A DNA stretch of 64,000 bases from Bacteroidota bacterium (GTDB lineage Bacteria > Bacteroidota > Bacteroidia > Bacteroidales > UBA4417), in assembly GCA_037142075.1 (NCBI GenBank), contig JBAXBJ010000001.1, positions 93,617-157,616 on the forward strand, in the 5' to 3' direction. The position numbers and the translations under genes are program-made. Positions within the stretch are counted from its first letter, which is position 1; the number at the start of each line of letters is the position of its first letter. Of the stretch, positions 1-9,642 are shown piece by piece. The notes below the pieces were generated by a model, which searched no databases, had not been told where the DNA came from, and saw only the letters and a list, made by a program, of their open reading frames with translations.

Positions 1-47
1 CCAGTTGTGTGTTCGAAATATATTTGTCAATCCATAGGAGTCTGTCT

Positions 48-725
48 TTAATAATTCCCATATCTAATTTTTGCTGTTTTAGAACCCTTTGTAATTGTAA
101 AATAAAAGTATGCATCTGTGCTATGCAAAAACTTTTCGCCAAAATCAGTTTCTCTACTGTACTTGTATTCGTTTCCATTTTTCTCCCAACAACGCCCAAT
201 ACATTCTAAGCTGTAGTAAAAGAAACTTGAACTTTTATTTGGTTCTTGTGGAACTTGAAGCCTACAAATACTATCAAGCTCACCAAATAAGTTATCGTCT
301 GGAAATGTTTCAAATTCAATTTTACTTTGAACTTCAAATTCAAAGTCAATGCCATGCATGTATATAAGCCGAGAATCAACAACTTTAAATTTTGGAATTT
401 CGACACCTATGATATTTTGTATCTCTTTTCTATTCTCATACCGTTTAGCGTATCTATGATGGATAATATTTTCATTTGGAAATATGAATTGTAAAATAAA
501 CCAAACAATTGATAAGCATAAATAAACAATCATAATAGCTCCTGTCAGACATCCTAATTTCCATCGTTTATTTATTAACTGATAAATTACAGAAGCTGTT
601 ATAAATAAAAAACCTGCAAGCAACAGCCATATTTCATCAAAGAAAAAGAACAATGCAAATAACATTGCTGAAAAAAGAGGTAGTATCCACCATTTATCAA
701 AACAGTACAAGAATATTTTTTTCAT
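48..725 (-). CDS. hypothetical membrane protein
   Basis: 225-aa ORF with N-terminal hydrophobic segments and a soluble C-terminal domain. Confidence 0.75.
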   Translation of the reverse strand: MKKIFLYCFDKWWILPLFSAMLFALFFFFDEIWLLLAGFLFITASVIYQLINKRWKLGCLTGAIMIVYLCLSIVWFILQFIFPNENIIHHRYAKRYENRKEIQNIIGVEIPKFKVVDSRLIYMHGIDFEFEVQSKIEFETFPDDNLFGELDSICRLQVPQEPNKSSSFFYYSLECIGRCWEKNGNEYKYSRETDFGEKFLHSTDAYFYFTITKGSKTAKIRYGNY

Positions 726-764
726 ATTTATCTGTTATATTGTTTTGTATTATCCTATTAAGCA

Positions 765-900
765 GACACACAACGGTTGAGTCTATTAAAAGAGTCGGCT
801 AAGATGTTAGCCAACCCAAACAATTTTGTATGCATGAGAAGGTACTCCGATTTTACACTTTTAACAGCCATTTTTTATAACCTTTACCTACGTTTCGTGC
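765..900. repeat. degenerate attC-like intergenic palindrome
   Basis: Begins ACACAACGG, ends CGTTTCGTGC, with inner ...GGCT/AGCC... pairing; lies downstream of a minus-strand gene. Confidence 0.4.
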
Positions 901-951
901 TTTATCATTATTTTTCTTATTTAATAAATTATCATTGTTCATTGTCATATT

Positions 952-1284
952 TTAGAAAGGAAGAACATCCAGATAAATTGACTGATTAGATTCTTCAACA
1001 ATTATTGTTAGTCGAGCATGGATATGTTTTGTATCATAAAATTCATAATGCGCAACCGTTCTATTATCGGGATAAAGGAATTTTATTTTTAAGAACAATT
1101 CCCCGTCTGATTTCTTTTTAGAAGCCGCAAGCATATATTTGAAAAACTTATAAAAACCTTCCTTATCAGGCTCACAGGTTACTTTTTCGGAAAAAAGATA
1201 GGGTTTGAAATAACTCGGACGTGATTTGATACATGCTTTTATCAAAGCTTCTTTTATTGCTTCAATTGAGTCTTCGAATTGCAT
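952..1284 (-). CDS. hypothetical protein
   Basis: 110-aa ORF, co-oriented with neighbours. Confidence 0.7.
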   Translation of the reverse strand: MQFEDSIEAIKEALIKACIKSRPSYFKPYLFSEKVTCEPDKEGFYKFFKYMLAASKKKSDGELFLKIKFLYPDNRTVAHYEFYDTKHIHARLTIIVEESNQSIYLDVLPF

Positions 1285-1418
1285 AACAACATTTTAATTA
1301 GTAGTATTTTATACTTCTACGCTTTTAGTCACAATTATTGGTCTCAAAGATTCGAAAAGGTCAATTGAATAGCCAGAGTGTGGAAAGTTAAGTGCTTCTT
1401 CCTGTGTATGGTCAGCAG

Positions 1419-2102
1419 CTATTTGTATTTTTGTTTCCACTGATAAAGCTGACAAACAGCATCTTCAAGGTCGTCACAATATATTCTGCCACTTTTAATA
1501 TTAGTATAAAAATACTTACCTGATTTTTTTCCCTTGTATACTGCACCAGTACTATCGTCATGAAATCGAATTAAATAAGTTATATGACTACCCCAGACAA
1601 TATCATACTCATCTTTTTCTTTGATTACTTCATAACTATAAATTTCATTATCTTCATTTATAGAACCTGTTGTATTTGAACCAAAAATAGATGCAGCTTG
1701 ATTGTTTTTCAAATATTTATTCTCCAGAAATTTTAAAACATCGCCTATATTATTTAACTCTTTGTCATATTTTGTTTCGTTAACAAAGAATGCATAACTA
1801 TCAGTACTGTCAAGTTTAAGCGCAATTACATTTTCGTCAAAAAATCCATGTTTTAGCAAATAGCTTTCCTGTTTTGTGTCTATAAGCAAAGATTGATTCC
1901 CTAAATATTCCCATGAACCTTTATCAACAATTCCATTGGAAGAAATCAACAATTGATTATTGGGTCTAAAAATGAAAACTCTTTTAATTTGAGTTAAATC
2001 ACCCAGTGAAACCCAGTGTTGATTAGTCAGTTTAGTCAAGTCATCCAGTTTCTGGCTGAATCTTTGAATTTTAGGAATTATATCTGCTATAAAAGTTTTC
2101 AT
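1419..2102 (-). CDS. hypothetical protein
   Basis: 227-aa ORF. Confidence 0.8.
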   Translation of the reverse strand: MKTFIADIIPKIQRFSQKLDDLTKLTNQHWVSLGDLTQIKRVFIFRPNNQLLISSNGIVDKGSWEYLGNQSLLIDTKQESYLLKHGFFDENVIALKLDSTDSYAFFVNETKYDKELNNIGDVLKFLENKYLKNNQAASIFGSNTTGSINEDNEIYSYEVIKEKDEYDIVWGSHITYLIRFHDDSTGAVYKGKKSGKYFYTNIKSGRIYCDDLEDAVCQLYQWKQKYK

Positions 2103-2157
2103 AGAATAACCACCAATTATATGCTCTTATCTACAATAATAAACTGAACTCAATTAT

Positions 2158-2320
2158 TGCCAACATATAACTGCACTTCAAATGTAATGCATTTATTGCC
2201 ATACCCATCAAAGGAAGATTTTAATACCTAAAGCATCGCAAGGCTTCATTGGCTTACCCGTGTGGCATTGTTTAATAGTGGTTGAAACGTAGTCGTGCCG
2301 ATTGCAGCCTATGTTAGGCA
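2158..2320. repeat. attC-like imperfect inverted repeat
   Basis: TGCCAACATATAACTGCA ... TGCAGCCTATGTTAGGCA; ends in canonical GTTRRRY (GTTAGGC), 13 bp from the stop codon of 2334..3113. Confidence 0.6.
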
Positions 2321-2333
2321 GGCTCATAGCCAG

Positions 2334-3113
2334 TTATTTTGCCTTGACACATTTTAAATTAAAACCAAAGTTATTATTATATGGCATTGAAAACTTGTAT
2401 CCACAGCCTTGACAATATTGACCAGTATAGATTGGGACAAATTTATGGTCTTTTGAGCTATCAGTTGATGAAGACCAAAAATAGGAATAGTCATCAACAC
2501 CTGTTCCACCCTGATACTTAAATCCGCTACCAGAGGTGCAAAACCCCATACGTTCTAAAAACAAGAACATTATAACCATTTCATCTCCACGGGTCTCTTT
2601 TATTTTCAAAAAGTCATCAAATTTGGCTATTGCCAAATCTAATCTAAAAGTTGGAGGCAAACCTGTTCTTCTATATTTCCCTTTGCACTCGTTACAATGA
2701 ATATTTTGGGCATTTCCCAATAGTCTTTCAATAAGTTGTGGTGAAGATTTTTTTATGATTGAGTCATAAACATGGTGAAATAATTCATGCCAATCGCTTT
2801 CTGATGGTATTCTAAATGATTGTGGACATGCATCAATAGCTGCTTCCCAATCGTAAAGGTGGTCTCGGTACATCCTACCTCTATTTGTTTTATATTCAAT
2901 AATTCCACATGTCCAAGTTTGTTTTCCAATAGTAATTAATGAATAATTTTTCTTATCACGTTTATCTACAAAAGTTTCTGTGGGGCATATCGGTATTTCA
3001 GACAATAATGGTTGTTTTATTGTATCCGCACTTCTTTTATCTTTTTTTTCTGATTTATTTTGACAAGAAATAAGATAAATGGTGAAAAATAGCAATAAAA
3101 TCGTTGTCTTCAT
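2334..3113 (-). CDS. FISUMP (Fibrobacter succinogenes major paralogous domain) lipoprotein
   Basis: Lipobox LISC; DKRDKKNY..ITIGKQTW, LYDWEAA..ACPQSFRIPSESDW, YFWSSS, GFNLKCVK motifs. Confidence 0.8.
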   Translation of the reverse strand: MKTTILLLFFTIYLISCQNKSEKKDKRSADTIKQPLLSEIPICPTETFVDKRDKKNYSLITIGKQTWTCGIIEYKTNRGRMYRDHLYDWEAAIDACPQSFRIPSESDWHELFHHVYDSIIKKSSPQLIERLLGNAQNIHCNECKGKYRRTGLPPTFRLDLAIAKFDDFLKIKETRGDEMVIMFLFLERMGFCTSGSGFKYQGGTGVDDYSYFWSSSTDSSKDHKFVPIYTGQYCQGCGYKFSMPYNNNFGFNLKCVKAK

Positions 3114-3282
3114 TTTAACTGGTTAATTATAAATGCTTTATCTATATTAGCATTCTATTTTTGGACTTACCAATTCCGACCATGGTCTTCTAATACATCT
3201 TCAAATATAGAAATTATATTAGCTTACCAATTATACATTTCGCAATTGATTAAATTTGCTATTTCAAACAAATTCCAGCAAC

Positions 3283-4560
3283 TCATTTGTTATTTGCACT
3301 GAAAACGCTATCGAATTCCTTTTCAAAATTTACTTTATAGTATGCACACCAATATGAAATTATGGTATAACACAATGAATGTGATTTATTGAAAGCGATA
3401 GGTGCTTTCTCCAAAATCATAGTATCTAATTTGTCAATTTCTTCAGAACTTAAACTGCTATTTTCCCTACACCCAGATTTAAATTTAGACCTAAATTCAG
3501 ATATCTTTTCATCGTTCTTACCTTTAGATAGGATTCGTCTATATTTATCTGCTTCAGAATAACTAAATCCTGCAATAACATTTGATAAGTACATAAAAGT
3601 CTCCTGATAAATCAACGTGCCATAAGTTTCATGTAAGATTTCATTTACTCTTCCATCGCTTTTGTATGGGTCTATATATCCGTTTCGCTTATTCTTGATT
3701 AATGAAGGGATGTTGTTAATTGAGTAAGGACGGAACACAGCATTGATTATTGTTAAATCATATATTGAGGTAGGCTGGAAATCATGTAATATTTTACGCA
3801 TTGAATCTGAATTAAATTGAAAGATATCACTTAGGTCTCCATTTTTGAAAAAATCAAATACTTTTTTGTCGGTTAAAGGTAATTTATATGGGTGATACTC
3901 ATCCCCAATTAGTTTTACTATCAACTCTATTTTATTTAGATAATCCAGTTCTAATATGTCAAATTTATAATTGTCTAAGAATTTTGTATTCCTATAATTA
4001 TCAGTATAATAGTATTCCGTATCATTATATTCACCAATTGGAAAAGGCATTTTATCAGGTGAAATAATTATTGCGCAGGGATGTTTTTTATATGAAACGT
4101 CATTGATTATTACTGTTTCATATGTCTCACCACCAGAAGTAGGCAAAAAGGCAAGATTATAAATAAAATGCTTCGGCAACTCTGCTTTCAATTCTTCAAT
4201 TATCATCTTTTGATGTCCGCACGAAATATCAATATCTATATCCGCATTTATTGATAATTCAGGATTAAGAAATCTATCAAAAATTAACCCTTCTTGCAAT
4301 GGGTTGATTTTGGTAATATCTAAGCAATAATTTACAAGTGAACCACATGCTGAGCCTCTACCATAGGAACGAAGAACATCATGAGAATTACAGATTTTTA
4401 CAATTTTCGAATAATTGAGAAAGTAGTCAATGAGGTCAAGTTTTTCGATAATTGACAGTTCATAATTTAACCTATCCAAAACAACATCGTTTATTTCGAG
4501 TTGTTTTAACGAAGCACCATCATAAACTAATGATTTCAAAGTAGTTATTTTATTCTTCAT
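3283..4560 (-). CDS. dnaE: minimal DNA polymerase III alpha-like protein (palm + fingers only)
   Basis: GRGSACGSLV, FDRFLNPE, DIDID, KFDIL, ETYGTLIYQE, FNKSHS motifs; lacks PHP, most of the thumb and all C-terminal domains. Confidence 0.85.
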   Translation of the reverse strand: MKNKITTLKSLVYDGASLKQLEINDVVLDRLNYELSIIEKLDLIDYFLNYSKIVKICNSHDVLRSYGRGSACGSLVNYCLDITKINPLQEGLIFDRFLNPELSINADIDIDISCGHQKMIIEELKAELPKHFIYNLAFLPTSGGETYETVIINDVSYKKHPCAIIISPDKMPFPIGEYNDTEYYYTDNYRNTKFLDNYKFDILELDYLNKIELIVKLIGDEYHPYKLPLTDKKVFDFFKNGDLSDIFQFNSDSMRKILHDFQPTSIYDLTIINAVFRPYSINNIPSLIKNKRNGYIDPYKSDGRVNEILHETYGTLIYQETFMYLSNVIAGFSYSEADKYRRILSKGKNDEKISEFRSKFKSGCRENSSLSSEEIDKLDTMILEKAPIAFNKSHSLCYTIISYWCAYYKVNFEKEFDSVFSANNK

Positions 4561-4938
4561 TTTTAGGTATTAATAAAATATTATCACAGTCTTTTGTTAT
4601 TTCTATTTCAAAAATGTCTTAACTACCACAAAAATGTCAATCTAAAATAAAATAGGTTAAAAATCCTCCCATTAATTAGCCCGTGGTCGGCAATCCGAAC
4701 TATATTTTCATCTGGCAGAATTGCTACTGACACAGTCATAATAGCAAGACCTACTAATATCAGAATTATTTATTCATTGAGAAATCAATTTATAGAGCTA
4801 TTGTAAATCATAAGCAAAAAGTTCACCAGTAAAGGTGACGAAGTATCGAATATAGTCTAAAGCTTGCCAATTGTTATAACCTTTTGTGTATTGTTATTAA
4901 CCGATTACATGTGCACTGTAAATGCTTCACATGTTAAT

Positions 4939-5022
4939 AAACCGCTTTATACGAGAACCATACGCACTGTGGTGTGAGACGTGCACCCCGTCAGTGCTAA
5001 ATGGCTGGACTGTCTACTCGAT
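4939..5022 (+). mobile_element. group II intron remnant (domains V-VI, class IIC-like)
   Basis: AACCGCtttatacGAGAaccatacgcactgtggtgtGAGA (DV with CGC triad), DVI ending ...CTACTCGAT; no RT ORF. Confidence 0.75.
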
Positions 5023-5138
5023 AGGGGTATGTGCTTTGTCTTCCGCTGTCTTACTGTGCTGGCAAGACAAACTCTTATGCAATTTCTGGTCTGATTGTCA
5101 GTTTGTCGAATTGCGAAGGTGTATGGCTTTTGGGTGGA

Positions 5139-7271
5139 TTAATTACAATATCTCCTTTTTAATTCTTCAATCATTATGTCTATTGTTTTTAAAGCTATTT
5201 TACCTTGTCTGGAAACATTATTTTTCAAATGGTTAATTACTTCTTCGTTTGAATGCTTATCTAATTTAACCCAACTACCATCACTTTTTTTATATCCATT
5301 TTCTCTATGAACTTTTTGAATCCACTCTATTTCGGATTTTACTTTTTTCCATTCATTTTTTGGAATTAAAGAAGAAATATTTTCAAAAGCATTATAGTCT
5401 TGAATAAACAATTGATTGTCAACGTTATCAAAAAATATTGAAGTTTGTTTTGTAGTTGAATATTTTGGTGGCTTTTCTTCTTTTGTCTGTTTAGATTTAT
5501 TTTTTAAATATGCAATTACAGTTTTCCACTTACCAATCGTGCCTTTTGGATTTTCTATTTCTTCCAAAGCTTTGATAAAGTCTTCCGAAATCTCACCGCT
5601 GTATAACCTAGACATTTCAGTTTTATAAAATTGCTTGTCCTTCTCCTTTATACTTGCAAAGTCAGATGCATTAATTTCAATTTCTTGAGTTAGAATGGAA
5701 ATATTATTACTTGAAAGTTCTACTGTCTTTATCTCAGTATTAATTTTTGATTGGACTGTAATAGTTTTTTGCTTTTCTTCTTTTGGTATATCACCAGACA
5801 ATTCGATATTGTGCAACTGTTTATATATAGTTTTGTAATTTTTTGCCAAATAGTCATAATCTGATTCAAAAAGACTAGCTGTAAATACCCTTGATAAGTT
5901 TGCAAATCCACAAATACAACCATAAAAGCCAAAGGCAAGACGACCATCTTCAATTTCAGAAGAAATGAGAAAATCATTTAACTTTTCAAAATCTTCTCCT
6001 TTTAGAAGAAATGAAGCAATTGCAGATATTAAACCAGTATTCCAATTAATATTAAATGCTTCTTGCCCTGCAATATTTCGTCTTAAATTGTTTAGGAATT
6101 TATTTGCATCGTGGTTTTTCCATTCTTCGTCACCGACATAACTCTTAATTTTCCTTGTTATCTCGTCAGCTAAATTTGACTTTTCTGAACTAAATAAAGA
6201 TTCCGTAATATCAGAAGAAACAAAAATATCATTAATTAAATTTTGATACATTTCTTTTGTTTCTAGTTTCACAATAAATGGGTCTTCGTATTGTGTCAGT
6301 CTATTCCCAGCTAATGCAATGTTGCTCCAATCCAGTTTAGGTTTCACAATATTGCTACTTTCTATCATTTTATTACTCCAGTTTTTCAACTCTTGTAATG
6401 AAGTTTCATATTTTGCCTTATCTGTTAGGGAATGACTATAATTTTCGAAATTGTATTTATTTGGAATCCTCATTCCAAACTGGTTATATATTCTATTCCA
6501 AACATCATTGTATTGGTCAGGTAGAACTGTTTTTAAAAATTCTTTTACATCGTTGTATTGATGCGCATTAATTTTTTGTAAGAGAAATTTAAGTTCATCA
6601 TTTTGCTGTTGAGTACCATTACCAGAAACACTATTAACAATAGCTGAAGACAGATTGATGATTTTATTAATGACATTTTTTAATTGAATGTTTTCTTTTG
6701 ATGTTGAATTGTTTGCTGCAATTAAATATGCATATGCAAATCCTTTTATTTTGTTTTTTTGATTGTCATTTTCTAACTCATGATAATTGAGAATTGGCAA
6801 ATCAGATATTCCCTCTAACTTGTAATCTTTTTTTTCTGATTGATAGACTTTAATACAATTCCAATATAGCTTTACCAATTTAGTTTCAGCACTAGATTCG
6901 GAACGTGAAAGAATTGTACTTTTATCCTCAGATGAAAAGAAATATATATTTGAACTAAATGGGTTCAAGTAAATCGTTCTATCGATTTGCCAAATGTCAT
7001 TATGTATCTTTTTCAATCCGTTTACTTCGGAATCAATGTCAACTTCGATTACCATTGGATAATTGACTAATTCGCTTTTAGGGATTTGCAATTCGGGGAA
7101 TACTTCATAAAGAAGTAAGGAATTATTAAAGTTGTTTAATTCAACCTTCTCAAAAGTTTTATACCCAAAGTTTCTTTGAGTATAAAATACAAAAGGAGAT
7201 ATTGTCTCACAAGACATTATGTTGTTAAAGTTCAGAGAACTTGTTGGTATAAATAATTTCATAAATCTCAA
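5139..7271 (-). CDS. hypothetical protein, last gene of four-gene operon (N-terminus loosely DarT/ART-like)
   Basis: 710-aa ORF starting 3 bp after the helicase gene; N-terminal LFIPTSSLNFNNIMSCETISP. Confidence 0.8.
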   Translation of the reverse strand: MRFMKLFIPTSSLNFNNIMSCETISPFVFYTQRNFGYKTFEKVELNNFNNSLLLYEVFPELQIPKSELVNYPMVIEVDIDSEVNGLKKIHNDIWQIDRTIYLNPFSSNIYFFSSEDKSTILSRSESSAETKLVKLYWNCIKVYQSEKKDYKLEGISDLPILNYHELENDNQKNKIKGFAYAYLIAANNSTSKENIQLKNVINKIINLSSAIVNSVSGNGTQQQNDELKFLLQKINAHQYNDVKEFLKTVLPDQYNDVWNRIYNQFGMRIPNKYNFENYSHSLTDKAKYETSLQELKNWSNKMIESSNIVKPKLDWSNIALAGNRLTQYEDPFIVKLETKEMYQNLINDIFVSSDITESLFSSEKSNLADEITRKIKSYVGDEEWKNHDANKFLNNLRRNIAGQEAFNINWNTGLISAIASFLLKGEDFEKLNDFLISSEIEDGRLAFGFYGCICGFANLSRVFTASLFESDYDYLAKNYKTIYKQLHNIELSGDIPKEEKQKTITVQSKINTEIKTVELSSNNISILTQEIEINASDFASIKEKDKQFYKTEMSRLYSGEISEDFIKALEEIENPKGTIGKWKTVIAYLKNKSKQTKEEKPPKYSTTKQTSIFFDNVDNQLFIQDYNAFENISSLIPKNEWKKVKSEIEWIQKVHRENGYKKSDGSWVKLDKHSNEEVINHLKNNVSRQGKIALKTIDIMIEELKRRYCN

Positions 7272-7274
7272 ATT

Positions 7275-8321
7275 TTAAATGTCGCTAATTTCGTCAAATT
7301 CCGTTGTTTTATAAAAACGTTCTGGAACATTACCATTAATAAATGAAGTTAAATCTCCATTATGCATTATGTATAGGTTTTTATAAGTTCTTGTCATTGC
7401 AACATATAATGATTTTTGTTTGCTGTGTCCTTTACCATCATTTTCAATTGTGCAATCTGGCAAAAATACAGTTTCAAATTGTAATCCTTTCGCAGAATGA
7501 TAAGTCATCAATTTAGGATTGGAACTATTGAAATTTAAAGTATCTATGCCTTTACCATCTTCATTGTATCGTACTTCATTGTTTATACCAGCTTTAGTTA
7601 GTAAAATACTAGCATTTTTGACTTGCGCCCCTATAGGGAAAAATATTCCCACATCAGTTAGATTATTATTTTTAATTATTCTTGCAATTGCTTCTATTTG
7701 TTTATCGTAATTTGAATACCGAATAATTCGAGGGATTGAATTCTCAGTGCTTTTATAAGTACCTTCATTATATCGAGTTCCGACACCTATGTGGCTTTCA
7801 GTAACTTTAGCTATCGGCTTTGGTAACCTATAATTGAAATATAAAGGAAATTCTGACAATCCTGCTTGATAGGCAATATCACGAATGTTTTGTGTATCTT
7901 TCAATCCATCATATATTGACTGTGCTGTGTCTCCAAAAAAGAAAAAATGTTTACGGGTTGCCTTCTTGAATTCCTCAATTTCTTCTTTTGTAAAATCCTG
8001 TATTTCGTCAACTATTACATAATCTGATTTAGGACATCCTAGTCTGTTTTTCCAATGCCAGTGATAGTAAAAATCATTTTTTAACTCTAAGGCGTTTCGT
8101 CCAGAATTCATATAACCACTTAAAGATTTTGTAAAAACAATGATTTGATAGTCATTGCCTTTTTCTTTTTGAATCTGTTTTGCTTTGTGTAAAGCAATAA
8201 CTGATTTACCGCTACCAGCACACCCCGACACAACCATTGATTGGTCTAAGGTGCGGTATAATAAATCTCTTTGATAATCATCTAAATCTGATTCTTTAAT
8301 AAAAAAATCTTTCTTTGCCAT
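7275..8321 (-). CDS. short UvrD/SF1 helicase-like ATPase
   Basis: Walker A GCAGSGKS, Walker B VDEIQD, GDTAQSIY, NYR, TYHSAKGLQF, LYVAMTR. Confidence 0.9.
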   Translation of the reverse strand: MAKKDFFIKESDLDDYQRDLLYRTLDQSMVVSGCAGSGKSVIALHKAKQIQKEKGNDYQIIVFTKSLSGYMNSGRNALELKNDFYYHWHWKNRLGCPKSDYVIVDEIQDFTKEEIEEFKKATRKHFFFFGDTAQSIYDGLKDTQNIRDIAYQAGLSEFPLYFNYRLPKPIAKVTESHIGVGTRYNEGTYKSTENSIPRIIRYSNYDKQIEAIARIIKNNNLTDVGIFFPIGAQVKNASILLTKAGINNEVRYNEDGKGIDTLNFNSSNPKLMTYHSAKGLQFETVFLPDCTIENDGKGHSKQKSLYVAMTRTYKNLYIMHNGDLTSFINGNVPERFYKTTEFDEISDI

Positions 8322-8331
8322 ATCTTGATGT

Positions 8332-9639
8332 TTAAATTTTATAATTATCTTTAACTAAATCCCCTTTACTTTTTGTGCAATATTTCCCACAATTATCATC
8401 TCTTTCAAAGATGTTTATATATAAGCAGCTGTTTTCGAATGATGTAACATGATTCACAAAATTAGCATTTGCTAAAATTCGATAAGCTACCTTACTTTTA
8501 TCATTCATTTTTAGAGAATGAGTAATATTGAAAGTGCGCTGAGTAAAGCAATTGACAGAACAATCTTTTTCAAATTCACCACAAGAGACTGGAATAAGTG
8601 TTTTATAGTCACTTAATTCATTTACTGCCCTATTTACCTGTAAATTCATTAAGATAGGATTATAGGTTATCCCAACTTTTGTTGTTACATCTAACAACAA
8701 GAACAGCCCGACCTGTGATAATCTTGGCAAACTAAATTTTGTTAAGTTATAATAAATGTCAGTATTCCCTTCTGCAATGAGTTCGCAACCCATTTTAAAC
8801 GACATTATGAAATCATAATTTGAATCTATAATCCATTCTAAATCTTTTGCCGAATGTATTGATTGACACTTTGTAATCAGTTTTATGGTAAAAGTAGCTT
8901 TGTAAGTAAATTCATCTACTAAGCCGCTTAAAACGCTGAGAGCACTTGAATGCCCATCTACAGCAATGATATTAATATTTTTAGTTGCTAAGCAGTATTT
9001 ATTTATGGCAACTAATAAACCAATCAGATTTCCACCTGTACCGCATCCAATATCAAGAATATTTATTTCTTCTTTTGTTGCTAAATCCGAATAATGTTTG
9101 TTCTCAAAAATATTGTCAAATACACAAAAGCTTTCTCCATAGCTTCTTGGAAAATATGTACCGAGATAAACTCTCAATTCGTCATCTGACAAATTTAGGT
9201 TTTTTTCATACCGTTCGTGGTCAGGAGCATAATGGCCTTTGTATTTCTCGAAAATACTTTGTTGTAACCAAGTTGGCAGAATTGAAGAGTTTTTTAAAGC
9301 CTCTATTTGAGTTTGCTCTTTGCTAATTAATCTTGATTGGTCGTCCTTATGCTTTTCAATTAGTTTTTTTCGACTAAATCCTTCAAACCAGTAAAGAATA
9401 TTGTGATGATTGTTGTTGATGATACTTACTGGCTTGTGAAGAAAACTTTCATATTGTTCTTTCGCAATTGCAGTATCATTACTGTTAACCCAAATGCAAA
9501 CTATATAATCAGATTGAAATTCGATGTTTTCAATGATTTTGGGTAAAATGTCATTTTCACCGTACACCTGAAATTCATCGACATCTATCTCAATTGAATC
9601 AACAATTTGTTTTGCTAGTTGGGTTAGACTATCTCTCAT
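8332..9639 (-). CDS. class I SAM-dependent methyltransferase, Rsm22-like
   Basis: YLGTYFPRSY, ILDIGCGTGG, C-terminal P..C..C..CF.QR cysteine cluster. Confidence 0.75.
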   Translation of the reverse strand: MRDSLTQLAKQIVDSIEIDVDEFQVYGENDILPKIIENIEFQSDYIVCIWVNSNDTAIAKEQYESFLHKPVSIINNNHHNILYWFEGFSRKKLIEKHKDDQSRLISKEQTQIEALKNSSILPTWLQQSIFEKYKGHYAPDHERYEKNLNLSDDELRVYLGTYFPRSYGESFCVFDNIFENKHYSDLATKEEINILDIGCGTGGNLIGLLVAINKYCLATKNINIIAVDGHSSALSVLSGLVDEFTYKATFTIKLITKCQSIHSAKDLEWIIDSNYDFIMSFKMGCELIAEGNTDIYYNLTKFSLPRLSQVGLFLLLDVTTKVGITYNPILMNLQVNRAVNELSDYKTLIPVSCGEFEKDCSVNCFTQRTFNITHSLKMNDKSKVAYRILANANFVNHVTSFENSCLYINIFERDDNCGKYCTKSKGDLVKDNYKI

Positions 9640-9642
9640 TTG

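Noticed and set aside
3283-4560. Replicative dnaE, split-intein dnaE or ImuC mutasome
   Set aside because: No PHP, clamp or OB domains, no intein motifs, no second half or imuAB nearby
4922-5236. 104-aa + strand ORF
   Set aside because: Runs through the group II intron remnant and overlaps the 710-aa gene antisense
7275-8321. Gabija GajB
   Set aside because: No adjacent OLD/TOPRIM GajA nuclease recognisable
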